Source: Mobula hypostoma
Lineage: Eukaryota
DNA: 64,000 nt
Reading direction: 5' to 3'
Assembly (NCBI RefSeq): GCF_963921235.1
Contig: NC_086108.1
Span: forward strand, 90,336,001-90,400,000
Of this stretch, positions 63,768 through 64,000 are shown in pieces. The translations under genes and the position numbers were made by a program. The number at the start of each line of letters is the position of its first letter. Positions within the stretch are counted from its first letter, which is position 1. The notes under the pieces are model-generated. The model was not told where the DNA came from. It saw nothing but the letters and a program-made list of their open reading frames with translations, and did no database searches.

Positions 63768-64000
63768 ATACACGAGGAATTCTGCAGATGCTGGAAATTC
63801 AAGCAACACACATCAAAGTTGCTGGTGAACGCAGCAGGCCAGGCAGCATCTCTAGGAAGAGGTACAGTCGACGTTTCGGGCTGAGACTCTTCGTCAGGAC
63901 TAACTGAAGGAAGAGCTAGTAAGAGATTTGAAAGGGGGAGGGTGAGATCCAAAATGATAGAAGACAGGAGGGGGAGGGATGAAGCCAAGAGCTGGACAGG
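63768..64000 (-). mobile_element. Penelope terminal-repeat copy running off the window end; hammerhead motif at 63865-63902
   Basis: Near-identical to 16212-16440; UAGUC-CUGACGA-AGAGUCUCAGCCC-GAAACGUC-GACUG with a weakened helix II. Confidence 0.88.

Noticed and set aside
1..64000. CRISPR arrays, operons, rRNA or bona fide tRNA genes, endogenous viral ORFs
   Set aside because: No regularly spaced repeats, long ORFs or complete cloverleaf sequences were seen; tRNA-like boxes occur only as SINE heads

Overview
This is AT-rich eukaryotic DNA, intronic or intergenic, with no host protein-coding exon I can support. The repeat repertoire (CR1/HER-like LINEs, HE1/V-type SINEs, Deu-type SINE relics, Rex1/Babar, Penelope-like elements) suggests a cartilaginous fish, probably a ray; this is an inference. 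Every protein-like ORF is a decayed transposon piece: CR1, Rex1/Babar, RTE including a BovB-like fragment, Penelope RT plus GIY-YIG, Tc1, and possibly hAT. The most notable system is a Penelope-derived 3'/terminal-repeat family present in about 12 copies that carries a minimal type-I hammerhead ribozyme (UAGUC-CUGANGA-helix II-GAAA-C-GUC^GACUG). It includes a 237-bp insertion forming a perfect 95-bp-arm palindrome with an exact 15-bp target-site duplication (51597-51833). Family names come from recognising motifs by eye, not from database searches. Boundaries of old repeats are approximate to within tens of bp.
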